DNA of 64,000 bases from Octopus sinensis (lineage: Eukaryota), in NCBI RefSeq assembly GCF_006345805.1, contig NC_043011.1:17000464-17064463 (forward strand). Direction: 5' to 3'. The notes beneath the pieces are model-generated. The model searched no databases. It was not told the DNA's origin and worked only from the letters and a program-made list of their open reading frames with translations. The translations under genes were made by a program, and so were the position numbers. Shown piece after piece: positions 50,277 through 63,659 of this stretch (within the stretch, counting starts at the first letter, position 1; each line of letters starts with the position of its first letter).

Positions 50277-52040
50277 CAGTGGTTCTTAATTTTATTGGGG
50301 GTACTGAACCCTGCAAGCTTCATCAGTGCATTAACCGAACCCTTTGTAATTGGAAAAATAAAATATGACTTCTTCAAAGCACAAGTATATATTTTATTAG
50401 TGCACAAAATGAATCATACATCATTTGCATATGAAGTCACTCTGTTCAAAGAACAAAACCAACAAAAGATGAATTTCACGCAAAAACATAACTCAATGAA
50501 TATTTACTGCAAATGTGACTTTTACTGTTGCTTTCAGACACAAGTTCAGAAATGCATGGCTTCACCTTGGCAAGTGCCCCTCTCATATCATTTTTACAAC
50601 AATGTCAGTTCCTTTTCTTAGTTTTCATGTCTACCGTCCTCAAAAAAGGATTGCTCATAAAGATACATTGTAACAAATGGTGTGAGTGTCTCAAGAGCTT
50701 TCTTAACAATAAGAGGGCAAGTGTCTTCTACTATAACCTCAGACCGACCAAAGCCTTGTGAGTGGATTTGATAAACGGAAACTGAAAGAAGCCCATCGTA
50801 TATATGTACATATGTGTGTGTGTGTGTGTGTGTGTGCGTGTGTATATGTTTGTGTGTCTGTCTTCATTCCCCCCCAAAATCGCTTGACAACCGATGCTGG
50901 CGTGTTTTCATCCCTGTAACTTAGCGGTTCGGCAAAAGAGACCGAAAGAATATGATTTGATGACACCAAAACATTGAGAGCATTGTTGTTCTGAAGAATT
51001 GCTGTTGAAGCTGGCTCTGCTGAAGTTCAATGATTTCATCAAAATATTCATCGTTGACATCTGCTGTTGCAACACTAAATGTGAACAGCTGTCTCACCTA
51101 TGCTGGATATGACTCACTGGTGGGGGAAGTATCCGTTGAGAGACTTTGCGAGCTCATCTAAGTGCATGGCAATTGCTTGTTTCAGCTGTCCAGATAGAGA
51201 AATGTCTCCATTTCCAGACATGTCTTTGACCTTACATACATAGTCATCCAGTTGGGGAAAGTTTGCGAAGTTAACATTCTCTGTTCGTCGCTTTCATAAA
51301 AGTAACTTTTATTTTAAATGCCTTCAGATTTTCTTTTGCTTCAATGATGTTAACTCCACTACCCTGCATCTGTCAACTAAGATGATTGAGAGCATCGAAA
51401 ATATTGGCTATGCATGCCAAATGAGAATGAACTCAGAATTCTCAAAGCAGTCAGCATGACAATGTTGGTATGCTCACAAAAACAGGCCTAATTCCATATA
51501 CATGGCAAAAACGCAATTCACCACCTTTCTCCAGGATAACCACCAAACCTTAGAGTGGTACAAAAGTACCTCGAATTCAGAGCCCATTTCATTACACAGA
51601 TCTTCATAGTGCAATTTTGCACGTAGTTCACACATTCAGCTACAATTTTTAATACTTTTGCCAGTTTTGGAGGCATGGTTTTTGTTACCAATGCATGCCT
51701 GTGCAGAACACATTGCATAACAATGATGTACAGTGCATTGGATTTCACCAGTGCTCCAAAACCAGAGTGTTGTCCCAGCATAGCCGGAGCTCCATCCAAA
51801 CAAACTGCAGAAACCATATTCCATGAAAGCCCGTTGTTACTGAAGAAGTCATCCACGAGTTTCTTCAGATTGGCTGCTTTGGTTGTTGTCGTAAGAGACT
51901 TACAAAATAAAAATAATCTTCCTTTATCGCATCATTGCCCAAATACAACAAGCTGTCTCAGATTGGAAACATTAGCAGTTTTGTTGAGTTGGAAGCTGAA
52001 TTTTGCTGGGCTTCAAATTCCATGAGAGCATCTTGCTTAG
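50277..52040 (-). mobile_element. Buster/ZBED5-type hAT transposon remnant (SINE fragment at 50715-50952 inside)
   Basis: CAGTGGTTCTTAA TIR after GCTTAGAG; VCLDGAPAMLG, CVLHRHALVTKTMPPKL, HSKVWWLS. Confidence 0.88.
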
Positions 52041-52297
52041 TCTATGAGCTTTTCAGCCAACCCTTGTATGTATACTCATGAGTATGTGTGTACCTAAGAC
52101 AATTAGTGAAAACATGGCACATGCTACTCAATCATGCTTGATTCAAAATAATGGCTGTGGTAGTTTTTAGTGTAAAAAAAAAAAGTAAGAAACAAATGAA
52201 AGAACTTCTATGTGGTTTTTCTACTTGCTAGAAATTGTAGTTAAATCTGTTTTAAATCAATTTACTTTTTAAAAACACTAAGATGCATTGAACAATG

Positions 52298-52717
52298 GGA
52301 TCTTTTCGGTTTGAATGGCAGTTTTTCTAGCGGTGTCATATGAAATTCTCACCCATAATTATGACCCTAGAATCGATCTATTGTATTTCAATCTGTTTTA
52401 GGGTTAGGGTTAGTTAGGGTTGGTTAGGGGTGGGGGGAAGGGTATCTTTTTTTCTTCACAAATGTAAATAAACCCAATCTGTTTCTTAAACGAGGGACAT
52501 ATTCATACGGCACCAAATGTTTTTTTTACCTCAATAGACATCATTGATTGGTTGAAATTGCAGAATTTAAAGAAAAAAACAACAAATATCTTACAAACTA
52601 TAGAATTTTCTCAATAAAGCCAAGAGAAAAGGATGTTTTATAAACACATTCTACCAGTATACGAAGTTTAAAATTTTTTAGTTACCTAGAAATTATGTTA
52701 AAAAACCGAAAGGATCC
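52298..52717. mobile_element. non-autonomous DNA transposon with 8-bp TSD (Merlin- or hAT-like)
   Basis: TSD GAACAATG at 52290-52297 and 52718-52725; TIR GGATC(T/C)TTTCGGTTT. Confidence 0.9.
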
Positions 52718-53034
52718 GAACAATGTAGTACATGATATACAAAAATGCAGCTATGCTCATGACTCCCATATCTGTTACCACTTGTCTTCTAAATCAGAGC
52801 TGACTGAAGTTTAAACAGCATCACCTCCTTAGTCAGGGAATCCCTGTGAAATTCACGGTCATTGTTCTTTCTCCTCTGACTAATTTTATATCTATAATAA
52901 TCTAGTAGAGATAAGTCAACATAAATGAAGCACATGTAAAATAAGTTTCTACAATTATATGAATACAAAATTTTTAGTATTTATTAACAAATTTAATGAA
53001 AATTTAAGACGTACGGCTGGCAATGTATACATGA

Positions 53035-53255
53035 TACTCTCTTACTTGGTTCGGTCACTTGACTGTGGCCATGCTGGAGCACCGCCTTTAGTCGAGCAAA
53101 TCGACCCCAGGACTTATTCTTTGTAAGCCTAGTACTTATTCTATCGGTCTCTTTTGCCAAACCACTAAGTTACAGGGATGTAAACACACCAGCATCGGTT
53201 GTCAAGTGATGTTGGGGGGACAAACACAGACACACAAACATATACACACATACAA

Positions 53256-53298
<43 letters not shown>

Positions 53299-53800
53299 CA
53301 TATATATATATATATACATATTAGAGGGAAACCACTATTTGGACACCCTTGTGCTAGAAATAGATCCGCTATGGTCTTACCACTAAGAAATGTTCTCAAA
53401 TGTACGGTTTGGTTGTTTAGCTAAATTTTTCTTGAGAACATTTCTTAGTCGTAAGACCATAGCGGATCTATTTCTAGCATAAGGGTGTCCACATAGTGGT
53501 TTCCCTCTAATATGTACATAATACAATTTTACTGAACCTTCAGTTTTTTTTTATATGCTAGACCACTGGTGTGAAATCGATGTTAATTAAATTAATATCT
53601 AATTTCTCACCCTCATTTTAAATTTATATATATATACATATATATGACGGGCTTCTTTCAGTTTCCGTCTACCAAATCCACTCACAAGGCTTTGGTCAGC
53701 CCGAGGTTATAGTAGAAGACACTTGCCCAAGATGCCACACATTGGGACTGAACCTGGAACCATATGGTTGGTAAGCTAGCTACTTACCACACAGCCACTC
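53035..53800 (-). mobile_element. CORE-like SINE with nested palindromic MITE
   Basis: Both halves present around the insertion. Confidence 0.85.
53315..53516. mobile_element. palindromic MITE
   Basis: 85-bp arms 53315-53399 and 53432-53516, 82/85 match, within a (TA)n tract. Confidence 0.92.
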
Positions 53801-55227
53801 CAGTACCTATGTGATACTAGGGATAGATTTTAGATACTGTGTGATTTAGATACTTACAACATTTTGGTACTGTTTGTCATTGAATTAATTTTATATGGTA
53901 AAACTATGGTTGAGTCAAAACATTGCTGGTTCTTTGAACAAGTATTATTCTATTGCCCACACGGTTCAGTATTCATGACTAAGATAATGAACCCTCATTT
54001 GCACAGTGTACCTAATTGTAAACAAGTGAAACGAAGAAGTGAAATTCACTGTTTTAATTACCACTAAGGTTTTGCTTAATTAATTGCTTCTAAAATAAAC
54101 ACAAAGTTTGAAATTTTTGGAAGGGGAACAGCTGATTATATCAATACCTGTAGTTGATTAGTACTTTATTTCATTGATTATGGCAAAATTGCTTTGGCTA
54201 TATTTCAATTCCGAACATAAAAGGCCATAAGAAAATATAGTAATGCAGTTTATCTTCTGCTCTATATGAATCTGTCAACCCACTGCCCTTGATTAAGATG
54301 AGCCTTATTAGTTTGTGGTGCTGGGAAGGCATCCTACCATTTCGATAAACAGATTCACAAGCTCAAATCTAGCAATGTACAACAGGTTGTTGAAAGGTCA
54401 TTTGAAGTTCTAGATATCAACACTAACACTTGCCTACTTTTTAGTTTCATTATGAATCATACACAGGCTATAAAACTACAGCATGGGACCACAAATAAAT
54501 GATCTAAGATCCTTTTTGGTAAAGGATATTGAAACATTTATTCACTAGGAATAACTCACCTGAGAGGAAGACTGTGATTTCATGATATTGCTAGAAATAA
54601 ATGCCAAACATCTATCAAATCACACACTGTCAACTTAAAAAAAGAATATATTGAAAACTGTAGTGCCAGATATTAAAAAAAAGTAAGTGGTAGCCATGCA
54701 TGGAATACCTTTGCTTATATATTTGCTTGATTAGGGCTGACCTGGGGTTAAACAACAACTCCAAAAATTTCTGTCATGATTACATTTTCTCAATCGGTGA
54801 GATTAGATTTCTCATAAAAGTGTGTGTCTATAGACTTTGTCCGTAAACAGGATTAATGAAACCAATATCCATCACTAGTTTCATTGGAATCCTACTGTTT
54901 ACAAAACCAATATCCATTAAGTATTTGAAAGGAGATATTTTATTTGAAGATCACAAGAAATATTTGCTCTCACTGTTTGTAGAGATGTTCACTATTAAAA
55001 GTATTTCTATGTTACACTTGTTGTTGTCATTTTGTTTAGCCCCAGGTCAGCTCTGTTCATAGGTGCAACAGACCTGTGATTACAGGTATTCTAGCAATGA
55101 TCATTCTTCTCATTCTTCTCTTTATTTTTTCAGATATAATTTAAGTAGAAGCATACCTATATGGTTTAGATATTTGCTTCCCAACAATATGGCTTTGAGT
55201 TCAGTCCCACTGCATGGGCCCTGGGCA

Positions 55228-55288
<61 letters not shown>

Positions 55289-56479
55289 AAGACAGACAGA
55301 CAGAAAGAGAGTGTGTATGTGTGTGTGCTTGGGTGTGTGTTTGTGTAACCTTGTTTTGCCATTGCATGACAGCTGTAAAGGAGTGTCACTGTCATACATG
55401 AGGGATTGTTCATTTCCAGTATTCTGTGTAAGCATGTCATGTAAAAAGGGAGCAATAATTTGCTCAGAAATAAGTGAGGGTTGGCAACAGGAAAGGGATC
55501 CAGCAGTAGAAAATTTATCCCAACTAATGTCATGTGACCTATGCAAATATGGAATAGTGAATGTTAAATCAATGATGAAGATGATGATGCATATTATGAT
55601 AATAATGTATAAGGATCTAATGATCCTTTTCCTTTTATAAGATGACAGAGTGTTATTTAATGCAGATTTGTCTGCTATTTCAAGGATGATGAGTAACCAC
55701 GTAGAGGCTCATTCATAAGCTTGTTTATTTCATTTAAAGTGAAATAGCAATTTTTAATTTCACAATATTTAATTATCTTGATTTAAATAGGTTCTTTTTC
55801 AGAGGGCAGTAAACACCGAACTAATACTGTGATGATTCATGCAACCCATGTCAGCAGGGACAGTATATATAAACCAATGTTGAAAAGGTTTATGAAGATA
55901 AGGATTATGATGATGGTGATGGTGATGATGATGATTACGACAACAAAAATAATGATGGAAGGGAGAGTTTTATGGCGAAGGAGGAAATGATTTCTTTTAA
56001 GCAGATAGAGGTCACAATTTGTGAAGGAAATGGTGTATTTATTGAGCTAACTCTAGAATACCACTAGAGTTGATTGACAACCATTAAAACATGAAAAAGA
56101 AACAGCTAATCAGACTGCGTTACTGAGAGAGAGAAAGAGAGAGAGAGGAAGGTGGTATGCTATTGTTTTTAGCAACTCACCACTCTAATATTAATGAATA
56201 CTGCAATAGAGCTAATTATTATGATAGATGTTTTTATATGAGGTCAGCAATAGAGAAGGCATCCAGGTGTAAAAACCATTCTTACTCACCCCACCTAGGC
56301 AAAAACACAAATTATGATCAACACAGCAATGACAATTGTTGGTTTGTCTGTGTCACTTTGAGTGTCTGAAGATGAAAAATTGAAATAAGCAGGGAAAGAT
56401 TGTGAAATTTATCCAAGCAAAGGTAGCAGGTGAAAACAAATGAAAAGTGATGATGATGGTGGTGAAGCTGGTGGTGGCA

Positions 56480-57034
56480 AAGGTGGCGAGCTGGCTGAAA
56501 CGTTAGCATGCCGGGCGTAATGCTTAGCGTTACGTTCTGAGTTCAAATTCCGTTGAGGTCGACTTTGCCTTTCATCCTTTCAGGGTCGATCAATTAAGTA
56601 CCAGTTACGCACTGGGGTCGATGCAATCGACTTAATACCTATGCCTGTCCTTGTTTGTCCCCTCTATGTTTAGCCCCTCGTGGGTAAGAAAGAAATAGGT
56701 ATTTCGTCTGCTGCTACATTCTGAGTTCAAATTCCACCGAGGTCGACTTTGCCTTTCATCCTCTCGGGGTTGATATAATCAACTTAATCCATTTGTCTGT
56801 CCTTGTTTGTCCTCTCTGTGTTTAGCCCCTTGTGGGTAGTAAAGAAATAGGTATTTCGTCTGCTGCTACGTTCTGAGTTCAAATTCCGTCGAGGTCGACT
56901 TTGCTTTTCATCCTTTTGGGGTCAATAAATTTAGTACCAGTTACGCACTGGGGTCGATGTAATCGACTTAATCCCGTTGTCTGTCCTTGTTCATCCCTTC
57001 TATGTTTATCCCCTTATGAGCAATAAAGAAATAA
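56480..57034 (+). mobile_element. Meta-like SINE trimer
   Basis: TSD GAAGCTGGTGGTGGCA at 56464-56479 and 57035-57050. Confidence 0.92.
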
Positions 57035-57225
57035 GAAGCTGGTGGTGGCAGCAGTGATGATGATGAGGAGGATGTTGATGGTGGTGGCAGTGGCTGTGGC
57101 GATGGTGATGGGGATAATGATTACAGTCTAACATGATTTTTGTCTTTGGGTTGCAACTGTTATTGCCTATTTACTTACCCCTAGAAAATATGGAAAATGG
57201 GTATTTCCTTCAAACTTTGCTTTTA

Positions 57226-57625
57226 TCATCATCATCATCATCATCATCATTGTTTAATGTCCGCTTTCCCCGCTAGCATGGGTTGGACGATTTTGACCGA
57301 GGGCTGGCGAACCAGATGGCTGCACCAGGCTCCAATGTTGATTTGGCAGAGTTTCTACAGCTGGATGCCCTTCCTAATGCCAACTACTCCAAGGGTGTAG
57401 AGGGTGCTTTTTATATGCCACTGGCACAGGGGCCAGTCAGGCGGTACTGGCAACAACCTCGCTCGAATCTTTTTACACATGCCACCAGCACAGGTGCCAG
57501 TAAGGCGACATTGGTAACGATCACGCTTGAATGGTGCCCTTTTATGTGCCACCGGCACAGAAGCCAGTTGGCTGCTCTGGCAATGATCACGCTCGGATGG
57601 TGCTCTTGGCACCCTACTAGCATCA
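57226..57625 (-). mobile_element. (ATG)n-tailed RTE 3' UTR fragment
   Basis: Family match. Confidence 0.85.
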
Positions 57626-57896
57626 TATTTATTTAAACCCCAAAGAATCCCTCTCAACACATGGCTATGATGCCACTACTCCTGTTCATCATCAGAGATG
57701 CACATATTGTCTTCTGCTAAGGGACATGCTCAAGTGCTTAACATCAAGCAATTGACAAGCAAATCTGTGGTATTGAACAGAATATTTGTTATAATGATAT
57801 TTCTGCTGGATCTGTCTGAAATATAATGGAAAATAGATCAGTTTCAAAAGATTGATATCCAGGTAACAAAAACGAAGTTTGAATGTACTAATAATC

Positions 57897-58060
57897 ATAG
57901 GAGTGGCTGTGTGGTAAGTAGCTTGCTTACCAGCCACATGGTTCCGGGTTCAGTCCCTCTGCATGGCACCTTGAGCAAGTGTCTTCTACTATAGCCTTGG
58001 GCCGACCAAAGCCTTGTGAGTGGATTTGGTAGATGGAAATTGAAAGAAGCCCGTCGTATA
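57897..58060 (+). mobile_element. CORE-like SINE, 5' half
   Basis: Head plus CORE, ending in (TA)n. Confidence 0.85.
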
Positions 58061-58070
58061 TATATATGTG

Positions 58071-58223
<153 letters not shown>

Positions 58224-58261
58224 ATATATATATATTATATGTGTGTATGTATATAGCTGTG

Positions 58262-58450
58262 TGAATGTGCATTTGTATGTGCAAGTGCATCAGTCGAAAT
58301 CCGTCTTTTGTAGGTGTCTCAAATTTAGGTTAAATCAGTGTTTCTCAAAGGGGAGGCCTATGGAATGGTTGGACAAGTTGTTTTGAGAAAATTTAGTTTA
58401 AATGTTTGACAACTCAGCACCGTCCATTGGACAGGGCGCGGTTTGCTCGT
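58262..58450 (+). mobile_element. Helitron-like 3' fragment
   Basis: Matches ~6495-6691. Confidence 0.7.
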
Positions 58451-58919
58451 CTTATATAAGGCCGAGCTTTGATTTGTAAATTTCAAACTGTGATTGTCAT
58501 TCAGATGAGGGAGTCAAAAGGTATATACGCTTTATTAATCAACATCATCATCGTTTTGTTTTAATGTCCACTTGTGTATATGCAAATAAACTGGACAGAA
58601 TTTATTAAAGTGGATTTTCTACAACTGCATGCCCTTCTTGGCACCAATTCTTACCTGCTCCAAGTAAGGTAATATTTTCCTATAGCTGACATGTTTTCAA
58701 AGAAGATTCGAAATCTTCTTACTACTACTACTGCATGCAATTAAGGAAAGGAAACACTAAAGCACACACACACATGTGTGTGCACATACACACATATGCA
58801 AGCATACATATGCATGTATGCACACACACACACACACACACACATGATGGACTTCTTTAAATGACTGTCAGTCAAATCCACTCACAAAACTTTGGTCATC
58901 CCAGGACTATAGTAGAAAA

Positions 58920-59349
58920 CCCAGGTCTTTAGCTGCCCACCTGCGTGTTTCCGCCAGTTGGGAAGTGGAGTTGGGAGAAGGACATCATGGCTCAGTTCAT
59001 CCGCCGGACGCCTACATGCATGGCCAAACCACCGCAAGCGCTGTTGCAGAAGGACAGATGGAAGGGGTCGCAGAGACAGGCGAAGTCGGAGATTGGCGGT
59101 GAGAACTCGATCCACCCGACGGTTGCTGAAGCCCTGGGTTACGATGATCAAGGAGGACCTCTCCGTGCTCACAGGACCGCAGGTGGTCAGCCTGCATTAA
59201 TGGAACCGTGACTGGCTCGCTATCTCCAGTGAACTGGCGCAGGACCATTGTGTGTGGGCTGTCATGGTTCGAGATGCCTCGAGGGTGGTAGAAGAAGCCG
59301 ACTCAACCAGCCCAGGGTGAATGTTGCCACAAGTACACGTAAGTAAGTA
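58920..59349 (+). mobile_element. RTE LINE with inverted 5' segment, nested in a CORE-like SINE (58845-59430)
   Basis: Minus strand QRLRWFGHACRR..GGQLKTW; plus strand LKPWVTMIKEDL..; (GTAA)n tail. Confidence 0.85.
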
Positions 59350-59841
59350 TGGTAGGAAACATTTGCCCATGGTGTCACACAGTGGGACTGAACCCAAGAC
59401 CAAGTGAACGGAAAGCAAATTTCTTACCACACAGCCACATCTGTACCAATAAAATGTTATATTTTTGGACTTCTGCATCCTAATAGAAGACAAAGACTGC
59501 TTAACTATACTAATGTCAGAGACACACAACATAAAATTAAGGACCTCTAAAAGCCAACAGAGGCTAGAGATTCTTGCAATAGTATGGTAAAAGGCATTTG
59601 GGGTATAGTATCTTAAAGAAGAAAATATGGTAATAAATAAGCATGTTTTTAGCAAGAACAATTTTTGTCAGTTTTTAATTTGTTTAAACTTTCATAACCG
59701 TAAACCATGACCAAACTCAAGGTGAGTGACTAAATAACATTTTCAATATCGCATATATCTTTCTTTTAGTTATAATTGTAGCATATCAAGCATATAAATA
59801 TATTGATAAGTTGTTATTGTTTATGATGTAGTTGTTGTGCT

Positions 59842-59963
59842 TGGTGGTGGCAGCGGTGGTGGTGGTGGTAGTGGTGATTGGTGGTGGTGGTGGTGGTGAT
59901 TGGTGGTGGTGGTGGTGGTGGTGGTGGTTGTATTTGGTGGTGGTGGCGGTGGTGGTGGTGGTG
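59842..59963. repeat. (GGT)n trinucleotide tract
   Basis: Directly visible. Confidence 0.95.
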
Positions 59964-60197
59964 ATATTATAAAATCATGAAGCTATAAAATATCAGCTTC
60001 CACAATTAAGAATCCATTCAACTATTTCAAATTACAGATTGCTTGGATCCATTCATGTTAATGATAATAAACTATACATACATATATATATATGTATGTA
60101 TATACACATACATCCACACACACACATATATATATATATATACATACACACATATATATATATACATACATACATTCACACACACACACACACACAC

Positions 60198-60273
<76 letters not shown>

Positions 60274-60944
60274 TACACACATATATATAATATATATATA
60301 GAGAGAGAGGGGGGGTAGGGAGAGGGAGAGAGTTAACGGAGTTGTATGATTGTGTATAGAAGAATATATTAATTAATGAAATTCCAACTAAGTCTGATTT
60401 TCACATTTTGTTCTTTGTAATTTTTATAAGTTAACAATATCGAAATAAACTAGTACCTTCATGCGGTATGTAATCATCAAGTTTATGCAGTGGTAGTCAT
60501 GTTCCACAATTGGCTACTGTAATGAAATGGTTAGATTTATCCTTTAAATACCCCCTGGTAGGCTCCAGTGGTCTGAATCTTATGAACTGCATTTTGACCA
60601 ATTCAGTATGTGGTTTAGATGTCACGGTTTGGTGAGTGCACCAATTAATTCCTAACTGTATTTCGACTGATTAGTATGCGGTTTAAACATCACTGCTTGG
60701 TGGGTATGATGTCAAGGATTCTTCATTTTCACTGCGCCTAAAGGAATAATTGCTTGTCTATATTTTGGAATGTTGTAAACAACTTTCCTGTTTTCATTGA
60801 ATTCTATTGTTTTTACATTTTTAAAATCAATGTTCATACGGTCAACACTGGCAGTGCTATTACTACTACTACCAGCGCCATCACTAACAGCAACAATAAT
60901 AAATGTGGTGGTGAGGCTGATAGTAGTGTTGGCCACATGACATT

Positions 60945-61160
60945 GACTTGGGCCAACCAAAACCTTGTGAGTGGATTTGGTAGACGGAAACTGAAAGAAG
61001 CCCATTATATATATATTTATGTATATATGTGTGAGTGTCTTTATGTATATATCTATGTAAGAGTGTCTTTATGTCTGGGTCTGTCCTCCACATCACTGCT
61101 TGACAACTGGTTCAGTAGTAAAAGAGACCGATAAAATCAGTTCTAGGCTATAAAAAATAA
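60945..61160 (+). mobile_element. degenerate CORE-like SINE fragment
   Basis: CCTTGTGAGTGGATTTGGTAGACGGAAACTG..AATAAGTCCTGGGGTC. Confidence 0.7.
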
Positions 61161-61177
61161 GTCCTGGGGTCAATTTC

Positions 61178-61625
61178 ATCATCATCAACATCATCGTTTA
61201 ATGTCCGCTTTCCATGCTAGCATGGGTTGGACGATTTGACTGAGGGCTGGCAAACCAGATGGATGCACCAGGCTCCAATCTGATCTAGCAGAGTTTCTAC
61301 AGCATGATACCTTTCCTAACCCCAACCACTCTGAGAGTGTAGTGGGTACTTTTACGTGCCACTGACATGAGGGCCAGTCAGCCGGTACTGGCAACGGCCA
61401 CGTCCAAAGTCAACAAAAGCTGATTACATGTGTTTACTTTTAGCTAAATACTTCTGCTATTGTCTTACCAGAAAGAGAACACCAGCAGTACTTCTTCCTA
61501 GCACAAAACCAAACTGCATCTCCTCTAGGTTGTTTCCGTTTCATAAGCTTTCTGGTCTGGCCCAGCAATTCAATACCTCTCTGATAACTTCTCTCTATTT
61601 AAAGCATCTCCTTTACCTCTGTAAT
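61178..61625 (-). mobile_element. RTE 3' UTR (61178-61405) abutting an RTE RT fragment (61405-61625)
   Basis: GKGDAL..EMQFGFVLGRST..FLVRQ..KYLAK. Confidence 0.8.
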
Positions 61626-61729
61626 AGTTGTGTATAAAATTGCTTCATCAGTTGTCACATATACATAGATACACACATATATACGAATGTACATACATAT
61701 GCACTAGAAAATATACAGATAACATTTAT

Positions 61730-62222
61730 GATCATTGCTAGAGCAGCCAACTGGCTTCTGTACCCGTGGCACGTAAAAGGGTACCATTCGAGTGGATCAT
61801 TGCCAGAGCAGCCAACTGGCTTCCGTACCTGTGACATGTAAAAGGGCACCATCCGAGTGGATCATTGCCAGAGCAGCCAACTGGCTTCCGTACCCGTGGC
61901 ACGTAAAAGGACACCATTTGAGCGTGATCGTTACCAACGTTGCTTCACTGGCTCTTGCACCTTTGGCACATGTAAAAAGATTCAAGCGAGGTCATTGCCA
62001 GTACCACCTGACTGGCCTCCATGCTGGTGGCACATACAAAGCACCCACTACACTCTTGGAACGGTTAGCGTTAGGAAGGGCATCGAGCTGTAGAAACTCT
62101 GCCAAATCAAGATTGGAGCCTGGTGCAGCCATCTGGTTTGCCAGCCCTCAGTCAAAATCGTCCAACCCATGCTAGCATGGAAAGCGGACGTTAAACGATG
62201 ATGATGATGATGATGATGATGA
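61730..62222 (+). mobile_element. (ATG)n-tailed RTE 3' UTR with ~62-bp subrepeats
   Basis: Three TCATTGCCAGAGCAGCCAACTGGCTTC..GGCACGTAAAAGG units. Confidence 0.88.
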
Positions 62223-62626
62223 ACGTTTGTGACATAATGAAAAACACTTCTACTTCAGAAAATGGAATGAAGCCTATTATAGCTGGTAAATATTTAGTTG
62301 GCAAAACTGAAAAAAAGAAAAAAATGGAAAAAGAAAGACATTGGTTTTAGAATTCTTTGTTGTAGATACAAACATTAACAAATATATTATTATAAAATTA
62401 GAGAAACTTCTTGTTCGGAGTAATAAAAAAGACAAACAAAAAAATTTCTTATGTTTTAATATGTTGAAACGATTTCAGATATACTTGTCATGGGAATTTG
62501 ATTATAAATTACTTGTTTTATTTGATTGTCATTTATCAAAACCTAAGCAAGTATGTACTTTAAAAGAGAAGAATCCAACAAAATATGCAAGAATTTAAAT
62601 GTTTCAATGCAGACCCAACGGAAAAA

Positions 62627-62794
62627 GGATATATATATATATATATATACACACACATTAAATATGTTTACATATGTATACATACATATACATACATGCT
62701 CACATGCACACACACACACACACATATAGATAGATAGTTATTTAATATATTCAAGTATATATATATATATAAAGAGGGGGATAAAGGGGGATGG

Positions 62795-62827
<33 letters not shown>

Positions 62828-62978
62828 TACACATTAAATATGTTTACATATATATACATACATATACATACATGCACACACACACGCACACACGCACATG
62901 TATAAATAGATAGATATTTAATATATTCTAGTATATATATATGCATATATATATACCAAAAGAGGGGGATAAAGGGGG
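62627..62978 (+). repeat. imperfect tandem duplication of a microsatellite mosaic
   Basis: CATTAAATATGTTTACATAT and AAGAGGGGGATAAAGGGGG each occur twice. Confidence 0.85.
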
Positions 62979-63424
62979 AAGGAGACCAATAGGTACATAC
63001 ATACATAAACACCTGGATACAGTTATACATACAAGCATAAAGACACATACACAGCACACATAAATAAATATATACAATATGTGATATTTCTGAATTTCTA
63101 TAGCTCTAATGCAATATGTGAATATACATGATGTTGACTATAAATCATTTGTGTATTATATCGCATATAATCAGTATTTAAATATTAAGGTCAACTTGAG
63201 GAGGCTGTTCAATATAAGAAGCTGCAAGTCCCAAAGAGTATTGTTAATATAGCATATTCCAATGAACCTAAACTAAAATTGAAATAAAATTATGGAGACT
63301 ATGGGTTAATGAATATATATATATGTGTATATATATAGACAGACAACACACACACATATATATATATAGATATATAGATATGTATATATACACAGACAAC
63401 ACATACGATTGATTGCTTGCCACT

Positions 63425-63659
63425 AAACCCTTTTTATTTTCTCTCTCTGCTTATTTCTGTATTCTTTTCTGTTGAAGAGCATTGGCTAGAAGTGTAAAAG
63501 ACTTTCTCACTTTCTGTTTGTTGTTTACACACCTGTCTTTGTCTTCTGTTTTGTTCTTGTTGTAATTTCCAACTATATATATATATAACGGGAAGCTTTA
63601 TGAAAATAGACAAAAGACGAAGGCAGGTGGGAAACAAACAAACAATTGTATTAGTATAC

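Noticed and set aside
54300-54510. Harbinger-like QVVERSFEVL motif
   Set aside because: A single short motif with no TIRs or further DDE motifs.
60712-60900. ORF NIDFKNVKTIEFNENRKVVYNIPKY
   Set aside because: No splice signals or recognisable domain; possibly a PLE remnant.
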